Below the pieces are notes generated by a model. The model saw nothing but the letters and a program-made list of their open reading frames with translations, had not been told where the DNA came from and ran no database searches. Both the position numbers and the translations under genes were made by a program. From the human T2T-CHM13v2.0 reference genome, Homo sapiens: a DNA stretch of 64,000 nucleotides. Below, piece by piece: positions 18,615 through 33,090 of this stretch (its first letter is position 1; each line of letters begins with the position of its first letter). Location: the NCBI RefSeq assembly GCF_009914755.1, contig NC_060930.1; one strand, written 5' to 3'.

Positions 18615-19276
18615 TGCTATGGTTTGAATGTGTCTCCCAAAGTTACTAGGCTCTTCCTTTTGCTAGAGCTAGGACATATATATTAGTAAATCATTAGTTA
18701 AAACTGACATTTCTAGTTCAAAATATTTTTCTAGTTCAAATTTAATATTATTGTTTTAATTCAACTACGTTTACTTGCTTTTCATACATTAAAAATCTCA
18801 GTTCTGAATTACATGAACATAATCACTGATTTGCTTTATTTTATACATAACATAAAGTTGTTATATATAAAACATTGGAAACTTAATCCCCAATGCAACA
18901 ACGTTGAGAAGTGGGACCTTTAAAATACGATTAGGTCATCTCTTAAAGAGATGGGCAGAGCCCTCATAAAGGGCTTAATGCCATCATCTCTAGAGTGGAT
19001 TAGTTATCTCATCTCAGGAGTGAATTCCTGATGAAAGGATGAGTTTGACTCCTTTCCTCTCCTTCATCCTTTCTCTCCTCCTTTTTTCTTCTGCCTTTTT
19101 TCTTCATCACAGCAAGAAAGCCCTTGCCAGATGTTGGCACCTGACATTAGGCTTCCCAGCCTCCAGAACTGTGAGAAACAAATTTCTTTCTTTTCTTTTT
19201 TTTTTTTTTTTTTTTTTTTTGGTAAATTACCTAGTCTGTGGTATTCTGTTATGGCAACACAAAATGGACTAAGACA
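18615..19276 (+). mobile_element. MST-type MaLR LTR carrying a ~215-bp foreign insertion
   Basis: TGCTATGGTTTGAATGTGTC...ATGGACTAAGACA. Confidence 0.85.
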
Positions 19277-20703
19277 AATACCCATCATATAGATTCAACA
19301 ACTGTCAAGATTTTGCTGTGTTTGTTTGAACTGTGTGTGTATTCTGAATTCATTCTGAAGTAAATTAGAGATCTAGCATTTCATCCCTAAATACTTTAGC
19401 ATAAAGATGACTTGATACATAACCGTGGTACTGTAATCATACTAAACAAAACTGAAAACAGCTCTCTAATATCATCGATTACCAGTTCATATTCAAATTT
19501 CCCCATTTGTCTGAAAAGTGCTTTTATATCTGTTTTTCCTCAAAGATATTGCCAAGAATCATTCACTAAATTTGATTGTAATGTCTCTTAATTCCCACTA
19601 TTCCACCCATTTTTTAAACAGCATCTTTTTAGAGAGACAAGGCCAGTAGAATCTCTCACATTTTGAATTTGTGTGATTGGTTCTTTGTGGTTTCATTTGA
19701 CTTATTCCTCTATCCAATGTATTTTTTTTATAGACTAGAACTTTTTGAAACAAAGGCTTGACTAGATTTAGATGAAAGATTTTTGACAATAATTCTTCAT
19801 AGGTATTGCTGTGTACTTTGCATTTCATCTTATTAGGAAGCATATGCTTAATGTCTTGTCCTATTATTGGTGAGGCTAAACTTGATCACTCAGTCGAGGT
19901 GATGACAGCCATCACCTCTGTAAAGGTATTTCTCCCATTTGACAATAGCAAATAATCTATGACCATGATACTTTGGCATGATGTGACTCTCTTGTTCCTC
20001 ACTGTCTATTCTCCTAATGGTTTTAACATATATGATGCCTTCCCTGAATCAATGATCACATTAGGCTTACAAAATGCTGGTTTTCTAATTCTGTTATTTT
20101 TCCCAACATTTATTCACTGGTACTCTGAAGGGTAGACCTTTTTTCATCAGTGGAACATTTCCTTGTGAAATGTCAGGATATATACTTGTTTTCTTTAAGC
20201 ACCAATTTCCTGTGTTATGAATTGGAAGATCACATCCAGTGGTAATATCAATGGGTTGTTGTTGCTTACTTTTTAAAATCTGTATTCGACTATTAATAGG
20301 AACCCATGGATTTTTATATACTCAATGTGTTTAATTATATTATAGTCATCTTTTTGATGTCTGAGTTGTTCCAGTTTTGGCCAATGGAAGCTCCTTCAAA
20401 CTGGCTGACCTGTTTTTTTGACATGACTCTATTAGTCTTTGAACAGTGCCTTGTTTTATGAAAACAATGAGATACTCACACTTGCTTTGTATTTTCCATA
20501 ACTCAGGCCTGGAACTGGTCACTTCTCCAAGAAGCTCTGTTTCCTTTGAGTGGGAAATGATATTTACACACTACAATCTGTGCATTGAGGATGCTCATTG
20601 CTACAGGGCTACTATTAGGCTCTTTCATTTGCTGGAGCAGGGACATATATGTTAGTGAATCATTAGTTAAAATTGACAGTTCTAGTTCAAATATTTTTTC
20701 TAA

Positions 20704-21069
<366 letters not shown>

Positions 21070-21234
21070 TAAAAATCTTAGTTCTTAATTATATTAACAT
21101 AATCACTGATTTGCTTTATTTTATATATAGTATAGTTTCAAATAAGGATACAAATATTACTTAACCATAAAACAACTGAATGATGTTCAAAGTTCTGATA
21201 GTTCTTTTTGTCCTTAGAATATATTCTATTAAGT

Positions 21235-21490
21235 CAGCTGGGGCAACATAATGAGACCCCATTTCTATTTAAAACATGTATTTTAATTAACTGGGTATGG
21301 TGGCATGTTCCTGAAGTCCCAGCTACTGTACTTGGGAGACCGAGGTGGGAGGATCACGTGAGCCCAGGAATTTGAGGGTGCACTGAGCTATAATCACACC
21401 AGCGCACTCCAGCACTCCAGCCTTGGCTGGCAACAGAGCAAGACCCTGTCTAAAAAAACAACAAACAACAAACAACAACAACAACAAAAA
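21235..21490 (+). mobile_element. AluJ, 5'-truncated, (CAA)n tail
   Basis: old Alu right arm. Confidence 0.85.
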
Positions 21491-21749
21491 ATAGAGAGAG
21501 AAGAGAGAGAGTAAGTGTATTCCACCAAGAACATACAGTAGTATCTTTTAATATCACTTGGGATACTTATTTTTTCTGTGTGGTTCAGTTCTATTTGTTT
21601 TAAATTTTAGAGGTTTTTGTCAATTTTTTATTAACATTGTAAATTATTTATACGTTTCAAAGGTCAATATTCACTTCTCACTTCTATTCTCCCTTCCTTC
21701 CTAAAAGTAGCCATTTTTATTAATTTCTTGTTTATCCTTCCAATGCAGC

Positions 21750-22046
<297 letters not shown>

Positions 22047-22199
22047 AATCCACCTTTTTGAAAAAATATGTATCTTTCCTCTTTCTTACCCCAAAGGCAG
22101 TACATAGTTTAATCATTGTATTGCACTGTGAATTTTCCACTCTAACCTAGAGATTCCTCCGTATTAGTTCAAAGAGATCTTTCTCATTCCTTTTCGTTA

Positions 22200-22388
22200 G
22201 ACTTTTTCCTTTAATTGATACATGATATTTTACATATTTTATTTATGAGGTACATGTGAGTATCTGTTACATGCATACAATGAGACTAATGATCAAGTCA
22301 GGTATTTGGGGTATCCTTCACCTTGAGCATTTATCATTTCTATGTGTTGGCAACATCTCAAGTCCTCTCTTCTAGCTACTTTGAAATA

Positions 22389-22451
<63 letters not shown>

Positions 22452-22505
22452 CTGACTACAGTCACCCCAGTCTGCTATCAAACATTGGAACTTATTTTTT
22501 CTATC
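22200..22505 (-). mobile_element. L1MA 3'-end fragment containing (TA)n at 22393-22446
   Basis: GATCAAGTCAGGTATTTGGGGTATC..AAGTCCTCTCTTCTAGCTA. Confidence 0.8.
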
Positions 22506-22671
22506 TCCTCATTCTTTTTAACAGCTTTGCATTACTCCATTGTGCAGATGTACTATAATTTTTTCAACTATTGTACTCTTACTAGGCATGTTTCCAATAA
22601 TTTTCAATTGTTACAAATAATGACATATCATTTTTAAAAGGCAGATTACTATATAATAAAGATACATACTT

Positions 22672-22964
<293 letters not shown>

Positions 22965-24284
22965 TTACATGTATTAAAATATGTTTTAACAGAAAAATAT
23001 TACTTCTATTGATTTGTTTTTGGTTAGGTTATTAACACTCTCCTAAACACTTCGGTTTCATGCAACAATTTAGGAAATATCTGGTGTGCTTCTTAGTGAA
23101 TGTGGAGATACTGGATTTGACAAATATCAGTTGGTTAGACTAGTGTTTGGCACATTGGAAGTGCTCAATAATAATAGTCAATACTATTATGAAAGATAAT
23201 AGTATTAACAAAACAATACTTGTTAATATCAGAAAAACAAATTTTAATTTATTTTTCTTTATGCGGACATGTCATCAGGGAATTTGAGAGCAGGGTGACT
23301 ACATTTTGTTTTAGTCAGCTGGGGCTTTAAACATTTATTGAGTAACCACCATGTTTCAGGCATTACAGTAAGAACTTGTACCTGAAGCAGATCCATATAC
23401 TGAAGGCCCGAGGAAAGGAATAAAGGGCAACTGGGAACCTGACCAGGTCTCAAGAGCGGTGTTGGGACTCTAGGGAGGAGGCAGCAGAACGTTTCCAGTG
23501 GACGGAAGTGCCGGGGAGTCCACCTTGGGAGACCTTAGGCTTACTCAGATTTGGAGGCTCCAGGTGGGGTGGATGCAAACCACAAGATGGAGCCAAATTA
23601 CAAGTCATAGGTAGCAACCTCCTAAACCACAAGGAGGAGAGGAGAGGAAGTGAAGTCGCTCCTCTGCGTGCACGATCACTTGTCTGGAAGCTTTTCTGAA
23701 GTCAGAGAGAAAGGAAAGCCTGAGAAGTGGGACATCATTCATTGAAAGGCATCTGTGTGTAGAGATAAATAGGGTAACATGATAGGGAGAGATTGGAGAT
23801 AGGTGGTTTATTTAGCAAAGTTGGTCAATGAAGCTTCTCTGAATTGGTGCCACACGAGTTGTGAATGGGTGATGAATTGGAGGCATTAATGTTAAGGAGA
23901 ATTCTGGGGAAGATAGTGTGGCTATTGCTTAATGAAAGAAGGAAGAGTAGAGGGAAGTAAAGATGAAGACACATGCAGCGCCAGATCATATAGAGTCTTG
24001 TTGACCAGGAGGGAATTTAGACTAAGCAAGAAAGAAAGTCTGAACTGGGGGAGTGCTTCGACTGATCCAGGAGGGAGAAGAAAATCTCTTCAGTAATTCC
24101 ATCCCCAGTCATTCTTCAAGCTCACCTCATTCCCTGCAGCCTGTTGCTGCTGAAGCCTCAGAAGAAGTTTGTTCCCAAAGTTGGGAATACCTCCTCCTAC
24201 ACATTTCCTAGTAATGCTGATGTCTGACCCTGTTCATCCTGCCTCATGTCTCACAAGCTGGTCTCCATTCGCTGCTGAGTAGGA

Positions 24285-24460
24285 CAGTGCAGTGGAAAGA
24301 ACATGGGCTCTAGCATCACACAGACCTTCCAACCACCTCCTAGCTGTTTGACCTTGGGCAAGTTAGGTAATTTGAATCCTAGCTTCCTTCTTTATAAAAT
24401 GAAATCATTATACTTAACTTGCAGATTGGTCATAAGGAAGAAATGAAATAATTCATGTAT
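24285..24460 (+). mobile_element. MIR
   Basis: GTGGAAAGAACATGGGCTCT..GACCTTGGGCAAGTTA. Confidence 0.7.
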
Positions 24461-25521
24461 GGCAGAATGATGCTTTTCTTTTTCCTTTGTTTGTATTTAG
24501 GTTTGTCACACAAGACAATAGCACATGTCACCGCCAAGGCCTTTCCTCTTCTGGCTTTGGATTTCCCAAAATCTGAAGCTCACTTGACATTATGCCAGGT
24601 GTCCCAGACATTGTGCCAGAGAGAGAGAGGGGAATGCCTTTGACAGGCAAAGGGGGAAGGTTCTCCCAAACTGAGGAAGGCACAGTGGCCTGTGGGTCTG
24701 AAAGAGCCCTGCTTCCTTGCAGCAGCCAAGGCAGGTGGGGAGGCCTCCCAGGGACGGGGAAGTTGGCCGTATGGTGCATCTTTGCAGTCCTGCTCCCAGG
24801 CACTGGGGATCACTCCTCACTAAAGATTCCCCTGCCCCAAGCCTAGTGCAGAAGCAGCAGAGCTTCCACTTGGAAAAGAGCATACAGGTTAAGCCCTAGG
24901 CATGCTTGGAGTAAACAGTCTGGACTGGAGAAGACAACAGGGGCTTCTCCAAGGCCTCAGCACTGTGTCAGGGCGCAGACCCTTGGAACAACTGTAAGAG
25001 ACCAGAAGCCCCAATAAAGACAGATTGAACTTAAAACCAGCCTCATGGCAGGGGTTTTGAATCAGATTTAAGATTTTTTAAAGAGCAGGTTTTGAATCAG
25101 ATTTTCGATTATTTAAAGACATTTACTATTTTTTGCACTCTGTGCACTATCTTATTAATCTTTTGGACCAAGATTCAAATCCACTACACGTGAAAAGCAT
25201 TAAGGCCAGGCACATTGCATGTGTTGGGTAAACGGTAGCCAATGTTATTAAAACCAGCTGCAGACAGTCGGACCAGGCTGGATTTGAAGCAAACAAAATT
25301 GAATTAAATAGAATTCTACAGTGTTTCAATGCCCATTATGTTCTGGGTGTTGGAACTATAAGACACAGCCTTCTCTTGCTTTAGAGGAGCAGTTAGTGGC
25401 AAAGGCAAATTCATACACAGTCAACTGACACAGGGCGGAATGTGGTATGCACTGCAGGGACAGGGTGGCCAGCATATTGGGGGCTGGGATTGAAAATGCT
25501 TCACAGAAGAGGTGACATTTA

Positions 25522-26061
<540 letters not shown>

Positions 26062-27551
26062 CTATAAGAATTTAAAGGAGGAAGGGAAAAAGCAGATATC
26101 CTATAAGCTTCTGAGAGAAAAAAACAACAACGATTACGTACAAAGTTTCATGACACAATATCTTTTGGATTATCAACAATAACGCAGGAAGCTAAGGGAT
26201 TATAGAGAAATGCCTTAAAAATTCTGATGGAAATGATTTCCAATCTTGAATTTTATAACCGTGGAAGCTATTATTCAAGTGTGAGAGTAGAATAAATATA
26301 TTTTCCGACATACGAAGCATAAAAAGTTTTCCTCATATGCACTGTTTCTCAGGAAGTGGAAAGAAGAGGTGCCTCATTAAAATAAGGCAGACCACAAAAG
26401 GGCAATGACTGGATACAAGAAGCAGAAGATCCAACTCGGAGGATAGGTAAATCCTGACGAGGATGGCGAAGAGTGATCTCAGAGTGACCGCTGTATCATC
26501 AAGGGCAAGGAGTTAAGAATGGAGCAGACAGAAGGTTCTGGGAGAGTTATATCTGGTGATAAAATTGACAGAATACCTGATGTGTTTGATTGTACTGTGA
26601 GGAATTTTGTGATTCATTAATAATAAGTACAAATACAGCCACACAAAGGAAAACAGGACAACTATATACTCCAGAGAAAACGAAGTCGTCTAGAAAAGGA
26701 AGAGTGAGCATGGCTTGCTCTATGGTTTGCCATTACATGGTCATATTGATAGAAACATAGTAAACACAGTAACTTTTACTATATTGTAAAAATTACAATA
26801 TAGTCACATTAAAAGAAAGGGCATGGGAAAGGGGGCATGATGTTCTTTGAGGATGAAAAAAATCTAAATCCCCCTCTTCCACAGCAGGAGGTAAAGAGAT
26901 AAAGCCTAAAGCTGAAAAATCTAGATGTAGCAACACAAACATGTTATTTAGAGATGGGAGGTTAATACCAACAAAACATATTAGAACAATTGAAAGTTAT
27001 TTTCTGTAAGGGTGAGGATATGGTGGGAGATGGGGCTGGAAACTGGTATTTCTGTAGCAAATATTGTAGAAATATTTGACTCTTTAAACTATAACATAAT
27101 TTGGTTAAAAATTAAAACCGAAAGAGAGTGGATGGGAAGAGGGGATCTGGAGGCAGTCCACGTAGACACTCTCAGAGAGCGTGACCAGGAGCTTGGGTGG
27201 AAGGGAGACTGGGTCAAGGACAGACAGAGGATTTGATGTTCTTGTTATATAGGAGAGATGACATGCTTATGATTTGTAGGGTGACCCTGCAAAAAGGGAG
27301 AGTTTGGATACAAAGGACAGGAGACTACTGGATGTCTGTTCTAAAAGAGAGTGAAAGATCAAGAATGCAGGAGGACAACTTGTTTTTTAAAATAAAAGAC
27401 TACGTACCTTGAGACTAGAAACAAATGTGAGTATACACGCAGGTGCATAAATCTAAAAGCTCTGGAATTACTCCTAGAAGTTCCAGTGACTTCAGGGTAG
27501 TATATGCAACAGTAAAAAAAAAGCATATTTCTTTAGTCAAAAGAACACAAT

Positions 27552-27557
27552 TTTAAT
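27552..27557 (-). terminator. HLA-DOA distal poly(A) signal ATTAAA
   Basis: followed by a T-rich downstream element on the minus strand; would give a ~3.5 kb mRNA. Confidence 0.6.
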
Positions 27558-28562
27558 GACTTTATCAAGCCTTAGGACAGAGATGAGAGAAACACCTTTC
27601 CAATGATGCATCAAGTTAACGTCTAAGCAAAAGATCAGCAGAGATCAGAGATTGTTGGGTACACACGTATCTTGTGATGTCTTCTGAGAACCAACTTATT
27701 CCTCTTTCTCTGAGAAGAACTTGACCCCTCGCCCCGGGGCTGAGTGCTTGGCAGCCACATTTGTGTTGAGATCTTGATTCCTGCTCTAACTACACAGGGC
27801 TGGGATGGACACCTGCTCCAAGTTTGGCCAGTCATTTATTTTTCCAGTAATTTAAAGCTGTGACTAGGAGACACAGCCTCTGTGGGTTGTGAGGGTTGAG
27901 ATGATATAAACTCAGGAGCTGTCGGGTGGACATGTTCACTGAGAAGGACAGTCAGTCCACAGAGAGAGAACACCGCTAACATGCAGGGGGGTCTAGAGAA
28001 CACAGACCATGTGGATCCGAGAGTGTTGGAGGGGCAGCTCTAGCTTCTCTGGGCTTTTCGGATCCGAGTTCTGTTCCTGGGAGGCCTGGCTAAAATCTAC
28101 CCTTGGGCCCTGCACTCCTCCCCATGGCTATATTGCAAATATCCTATACTTTGCATGTGATCACACAAAGAGGGTTTCTGTTACTGGCACACAAAAAGTT
28201 TGCCTGAGATGATTCTCCTCCACTTCCATCAGGGTCTTCTGGTCATTGATTTCAACTTATTCTCTCTTAAGAAGCCCATTGAGTCCCCATAATCTCTTGG
28301 TTTCTTTCTTTTCCAGGACCAACTGCTCACAGTTCAAACCCTCATTTTGCCTCTATTTACTTGTACCTTGATTGGCTGATGCCCTAACAGACCCAGGTTC
28401 TTCAGAAAGCCTTCCTAGTCCACCTCAGACCTTGGGGATCCCCCTTTCCCATGACCCCCGATGGCACCTGATTACGTCACTGGGTTCCAGTTACCAGACC
28501 ACAGCCAAGGTCCAGGATGGCTGCATCAGAGTCATCCAGAGCCGGTTAAAAATGACAGCCTC

Positions 28563-28885
<323 letters not shown>

Positions 28886-28914
28886 CTAATTCAGTAGGTC
28901 TGGGTGATGACTGT

Positions 28915-29282
<368 letters not shown>

Positions 29283-29928
29283 TGAAAACCGTAATCTGTA
29301 TTGCTCATTTTGGTCCTGACATAAACTATGTGGTATGGTGATTTATCTCTTTGTATGTTTTAAATTCTGTTCACAGAAAAGTAGACCAAAATCTTCTAGG
29401 CCACATATTTAGAGTGTGTCTAGGTGGACCTCCCCTCTTACGAGATACCTCGCAGACCGACTCTACCACCTCCTACCTAACATGACTGACTCCACTGAGG
29501 GAAGTGGCCACCTTATCCAAGCCTTGGGCCTCTCTTTATCATGCATGGGACTCTAGGGAAAAGTAGAAAAAGGAGATAACATCATGGCAGGATACCAGTG
29601 GCCTCTTCATACAGAGTAAACCCAGGCAGGAGTGGAGTCCCCATGAGCCTGTCCTGTCCCAGCACCCTTCAGAACTGTTGTTAGCTGAGGGGGTCGTGAG
29701 GAACAGGATAATCTGCATCCCTTTCAGGGTAAACCTGAACTCAGGAGGCAAATTTCATGAAGTCCATGTGAAATGGCTCATTCACAAAGTAACACACAAT
29801 GGGCCAAATGGAGCAAGACACACCTGTGTGGGCCCCAGGATGGCTGCCAATCCCCAGCACCACATGCCTCACCCCTGGAAGAACTGGCCAAGGCCTGGAA
29901 AGGACACAGTGCAAACACCACCAAAGCA

Positions 29929-29934
29929 TTTAGT
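29929..29934 (-). terminator. HLA-DOA proximal variant poly(A) signal ACTAAA
   Basis: ~254 nt after the stop, followed by GT-rich sequence. Confidence 0.65.
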
Positions 29935-30187
29935 GCTGCCAGCCAGAGCTTTGGGTAGAGCAAGAATGTGTGTGTGTGTTGAATGGGAAGGGAAGCTAGT
30001 AGGTGTCCAACAAACCCTGCCATGAATACTGGGGCCAAAAAAGAGGGGACCCGTAGGACAGATGTTGATCCCACTCAAAGTCAGCACAGCGGGATGCACT
30101 TAAAGGGCACTGAGCACGCAGGGGCTGTCACAAACCCATGAGGATCTGCAGGGTGTCTCCCACAAGTCATTTCTCTCAGAAGGATCA

Positions 30188-30191
30188 TTAC
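30188..30191 (-). CDS. HLA-DOA: HLA-DOA exon 5 coding part (last base of Arg codon + TAA)
   Basis: ctattttag|G TAA TGA. Confidence 0.9.
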
Positions 30192-32886
30192 CTAAAATAG
30201 CAGAAAACATACGATCGAGGTTGCTCAATTTCAATATGCTGGGATCCTATCTCTGAGTGCCCACCTCCCCCAAAACCTCACTCTCTCACCCCACCTCTGC
30301 TTCTTTTCTCCCTGCCCATTTCTTTTCTGACTTCTTTCCCCACAACAGAATCTCTGATTCTCCACCCACGTCCTGTTCAGAGTCATCCACTTTCCTCCCC
30401 CACCCCCCAGACTCCCGGGGCCTCTGCACCTGGGGACACTGGACACATATGTGCCCATGATGATGAGGACGGTGCCCACGAGGAAGCCCACCAGGCCGAT
30501 GGCCAGGCCCAGGGCACAGACCAGGGTCTCCATGGCATCTGGTGGTGGAATAGGCACCTGGAGCTCTAGGAGAGAAAGGAAGGAGTTGGTGGTATATGAA
30601 AGGATTCTAGAGTAAAGGAAACCTGGGGCCAGGAGGGTGCATGGGGAGGGGGCTCCGTACCCCAATGCCTGAGGAGTGGCGCATCCAGGCCCCAGTGCTC
30701 CACCTGGCAGTCATAGACGTCCTCGGCTGAGGGCACGAAGGGCAGGTAGTGGAACTTGCGGAACAAATGGTCAGGCTGGGAATAGAAGCTGGTCTGGGCC
30801 ACTCCCTCAGTGACAGTTTGGCCGTTGCGCAGCCAGGTGATATTGATCACAGGGGGGAAGATGTTGTCCACGATGCAGATGAGGATGTTGGGCTGGCCCA
30901 GCTCCACCCGAGACTTGGGGAGCACGGTCACCCGTGGAGGCACTAGGAGGAACAGGCCCTGAGTCCACAGGCTCATCCCTCACCCCAGGGCCTTACTAGG
31001 ACTGGGATTAAGGGACGTTCCCCCTTTGTAGCCATCTGTGGGCAGGGGATGCTCTGGGGTATCCACTGGGGCAGGAGAGGAGGAAAACAGAGGGAGAGGA
31101 GACTGGGGAGGGAGTGGGGACGCCAGGAGCTCCTATATTTGACTGGTCCCTGGGCGGGAGTCCGGGTGAGAGGTGTCATTCCTCAAGGAGAGGGGTGCCA
31201 AAGGGGTCTGGGAAGACCTGGAGCCTCCTGGGAAAGAAAGGAACAGGGCATGACAGGCGCGGGCGCTGAGAGCGCGCCCCAGAGTGATGGGAGCCTAGGA
31301 ACTGGGAGGAAGTTTCTCTGGACCTTCCCGCCTGACTGGGTGGGCAGAGGGAGGGCCGGTACCGTTGATGGCTCTGCTGCGGTTGGAGCGCTCCACCAGG
31401 ATGTCCAGATGGGCTTTGATTGCGGCGATGCCGGCCAGCCCGCCCTGCGGGTCAAAGCGGGCAAAGTCACCAAACTCAGGCAGACGCCACACGGCCTCGC
31501 TTTTCTTCAGGTCCACAGAGAACAGCTGTTCCTCATCAAATTCATGGGTGAACTGGCCCGAGGCGCCGTAAGACTGGTAGAAGGCGGGTCCGTAGGAGCC
31601 CATGTGGTCAGCTGTGTTTGGCGAGTTCAGGGTCAAGGAGAGAGAAAAAAATGTGTCTGTCTCATCCACAATATGTGATTGTTGAGTCCCTGAGCCTGGG
31701 CCCCGTCCTGGGTTCTGTGTGGGGACAGAGTCCTGTTCTGACACTGGGCTGGCCCTGGGAGAGAGAAAGGGAGAGAGAACAGGAAGAAAGAGGCTCATCC
31801 CAGCACACTGCAGTCGGCACAGAGACAGTGCAGTCTGGCATATCAGGATGGGAAGAGGAGGGACTGCCTAAAATCATGCTTGGGGTTCCAGAATTTAAAT
31901 CTTGGCTGTGGTCATCTGCCCTGGCTGTGTTGTCAGGCCCTGTGTTGTGAGCTGGTGGGACTGTGGGGGTGGGATGAGGAGGAATGATTAAGGACAGGAG
32001 AGTATGGAGCTTTGCACAGAGATGCAGTGCAGGTGGGTGTGAGGGGAAACAGGCCACGGCTGGCAGGGGTAAGAATTAAGGTTAGTGACCCAGAGACCAA
32101 GGGGATAGGGAGAGGCAACTCAAGGCATTACAAAGAGCACTGGACGAGGAGTCAGAAGTCAAGGTTCATGTCCCAATTCCTCCATCTCAGAGCATTATGA
32201 CTGAGTGTGGCTCTTCCATAACTGTTGTCTAGTTTTCTGGAAGTTAGGGATTAAGTTTTAATTCTTGTAGAACTCTATGAAGTTGTTTGAGCAACAGTTA
32301 TTGAGGAACTAGCATGCACCCAGCACAATGGGGGGCCAGGGAAATAAAAGAAAAAAAAGATGAACCATCTGTAGACCCGCACCCCAGCTCATGTCTCCCG
32401 AAGAACAAAGACAGGTAAATAGTTAACTACCGGCATGGGCATAAATACTGCAACAGAACTGGACTTGATCGGGCACATTCCCGGCCAGGGGTGGTAGAGA
32501 AATCAGGGTGCTTGCTGGCATCTGTTGGGTGGAGGTTTGGGTCTCAGGAAGGAGGAAGGAATGAGGAGAAATCTGAACGTCAGCAAAGGCTGACTGGGGC
32601 ACCTGCGCAGCTGACCGAGCTGCATCTTCATTTAGGTCCAGAGTGGATGTGACAGAGATGAGGGGGATTGGGTGTCTCTTGGTGAAGGAAGTTGCCCATA
32701 AACCAGAGAGCGAGAGGAACAAGCATCCTCCATGCCACCTCCTCATGTAACCCAACTCCGTAAATCTCTGCTCCCCGCCGCACCCTCCTCGCCCTCGCAC
32801 TCACCCTTGGTGGCCCCTGCCTCCTGCGGGCTCAGGAGGGTCATCAGGGTGTGGAACCCCAGGACCAGCCCTGCTCTGAGGGCCAT
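30188..32886 (-). CDS. HLA-DOA: HLA class II DO alpha chain; complement(join(30188..30191,30430..30565,30661..30942,31363..31611,32805..32886)), 250 aa
   Basis: 82+249+282+136+4 = 753 nt; [40 protein letters not shown]...VSSVPR*; all introns GT-AG. Confidence 0.98.
30430..30565 (-). CDS. HLA-DOA: HLA-DOA exon 4 (connecting peptide, TM, tail)
   Basis: [45 protein letters not shown]. Confidence 0.97.
30661..30942 (-). CDS. HLA-DOA: HLA-DOA exon 3 (alpha2 Ig C1 domain)
   Basis: [47 protein letters not shown]. Confidence 0.97.
31363..31611 (-). CDS. HLA-DOA: HLA-DOA exon 2 (alpha1 domain)
   Basis: [46 protein letters not shown]...[10 protein letters not shown]. Confidence 0.97.
32125..32325 (+). 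mobile_element. MIR in HLA-DOA intron 1
   Basis: AAAGAGCACTGGAC..GAGTCAGAAG. Confidence 0.55.
32805..32886 (-). CDS. HLA-DOA: HLA-DOA exon 1 (signal peptide)
   Basis: ATG GCC CTC AGA...ACC AAG G|GTGAGT. Confidence 0.96.
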
Positions 32887-33000
32887 TACACTCTGGTGCT
32901 TTAATCAAATCAGTCTCAGTCCGTGTGGTGAGGACAGGAACAAGGCGGAGGTAAAGAAGAAGAAAACAGATTCGAGGATGGGGGCGACCCCTGCTGTCTT

Positions 33001-33090
33001 CAGCCAATCACAGAAATTCTCTGAGTGAATGTATCTGTTGCTGGGTAAAGAGGGAAAGAGCCGGGGTGAGAAGGTGGAAGGATTCACTGG
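33001..33090 (-). promoter_or_regulatory. HLA-DOA S/W-X-Y promoter module (RFX / CREB / NF-Y / CIITA)
   Basis: minus strand X1 box CCCAGCAACAGATA (33032-33045) and Y box TGATTGG (CCAAT at 33004-33008) at class II spacing; S box not pinned. Confidence 0.88.

Noticed and set aside
22200-22505. Similarity to 62720-62960 suggesting a segmental duplication
   Set aside because: Both are independent L1MA 3'-end copies, and the similarity does not extend into the flanks.
31049-31678. 209-aa ORF on the + strand
   Set aside because: Antisense shadow of the GC-rich HLA-DOA exon 2/intron 2, with no recognisable domain.
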